IMG/VR virus record: IMGVR_UViG_3300017754_003785
Coordinates: 1 to 44,649 of that record
Source of the DNA: a virus
Lineage: Duplodnaviria; Caudoviricetes
DNA length: 44,649 nucleotides
Strand: one strand, 5' to 3'
Below, in pieces: positions 44,276 through 44,649 of this stretch. Positions within the stretch are counted from its first letter, which is position 1. Every line of letters starts with the position of its first letter. The translations under genes were made by a program, and so were the position numbers. Under the pieces are notes generated by a model that did no database searches, was not told where the DNA came from, and was given only the letters and a program-made list of their open reading frames with translations.

Positions 44276-44649
44276 CTAAGTGAGACCGGCTGTATAATCG
44301 ATCTTCGTGATCATCGTGCAACGGCAGTTAGCCGTCTCGCCAATCGGGCCGCTCGGATCACCGGGGAACTTCAAGCCGTTGCTGAACGTCTCGTTGATCC
44401 CAACCGTCTCTCCTCTCATCGCCTGATGGTTATCGCGCGAGCCTTTCATCCGAGGGCTCGGCTTCCATACCTTGACGACGTTCTCTTTCGCGACGGCTCC
44501 CGTATCGATAGCTTGCTTCATCGCCTCTTCCTGAGAGGCGTTAAGCGCGGCCATCGTTTCCGTTCTCGCTACCGTTTCGCCGCGAAGCTGAAGGAGTCTG
44601 TCGGAATATCGGTCGACCATTTTCTCAACGGTCTTTCGATCTATCTTCC
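44276..44649 (-). CDS. Head morphogenesis protein (Mu gpF / SPP1 gp7-like), C-terminal part, truncated by the window edge
   Basis: VARTE, KVW, R..H, FPGDP and NCRC motifs. Confidence 0.8.
   Translation of the reverse strand, partial: KIDRKTVEKMVDRYSDRLLQLRGETVARTETMAALNASQEEAMKQAIDTGAVAKENVVKVWKPSPRMKGSRDNHQAMRGETVGINETFSNGLKFPGDPSGPIGETANCRCTMITKIDYTAGLT

Noticed and set aside
1-44649. tRNA, rRNA, integrase or transposase genes
   Set aside because: None recognised by eye. tRNAscan-SE or ARAGORN was not run.

Overview
A 44.6 kb segment of a high-GC tailed dsDNA phage genome. It looks siphovirus-like, and the gene families suggest an alphaproteobacterial host, which is an inference. The + strand from 1 to 13.3 kb carries a nucleotide-metabolism and replication module: sulfotransferase-like, MazG-like, Nmad1/DUF6378-like, DUF550, HAD phosphatase, DnaQ-like exonuclease, DnaE polymerase, putative SSB, SLOG/YspA, ExoX-like and a PD-(D/E)XK nuclease. 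The + strand from 14 to 31 kb carries an early/accessory region of mostly small genes plus DUF932, DenV, an SNF2 helicase and an HNH nuclease. The - strand from 31.6 to 44.6 kb carries lysis and tail genes. The standout signal is a ~60-nt structured RNA motif present in 10 copies between 13974 and 19653. Each copy precedes the Shine-Dalgarno of a gene, and nine of them begin at or next to the stop codon of the previous gene. The motif has a covarying hairpin with UNCG loops and a pseudoknot supported by one compensatory change. A textbook type II hammerhead ribozyme (21968-22032) occupies the same kind of gene junction slightly downstream. Together these suggest an early transcript cut into gene-sized units by RNA elements, and make the repeat a candidate for an unrecognised self-cleaving or processing RNA. 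No database searches were run: protein calls come from recognising motifs by eye, and novelty is unverified.
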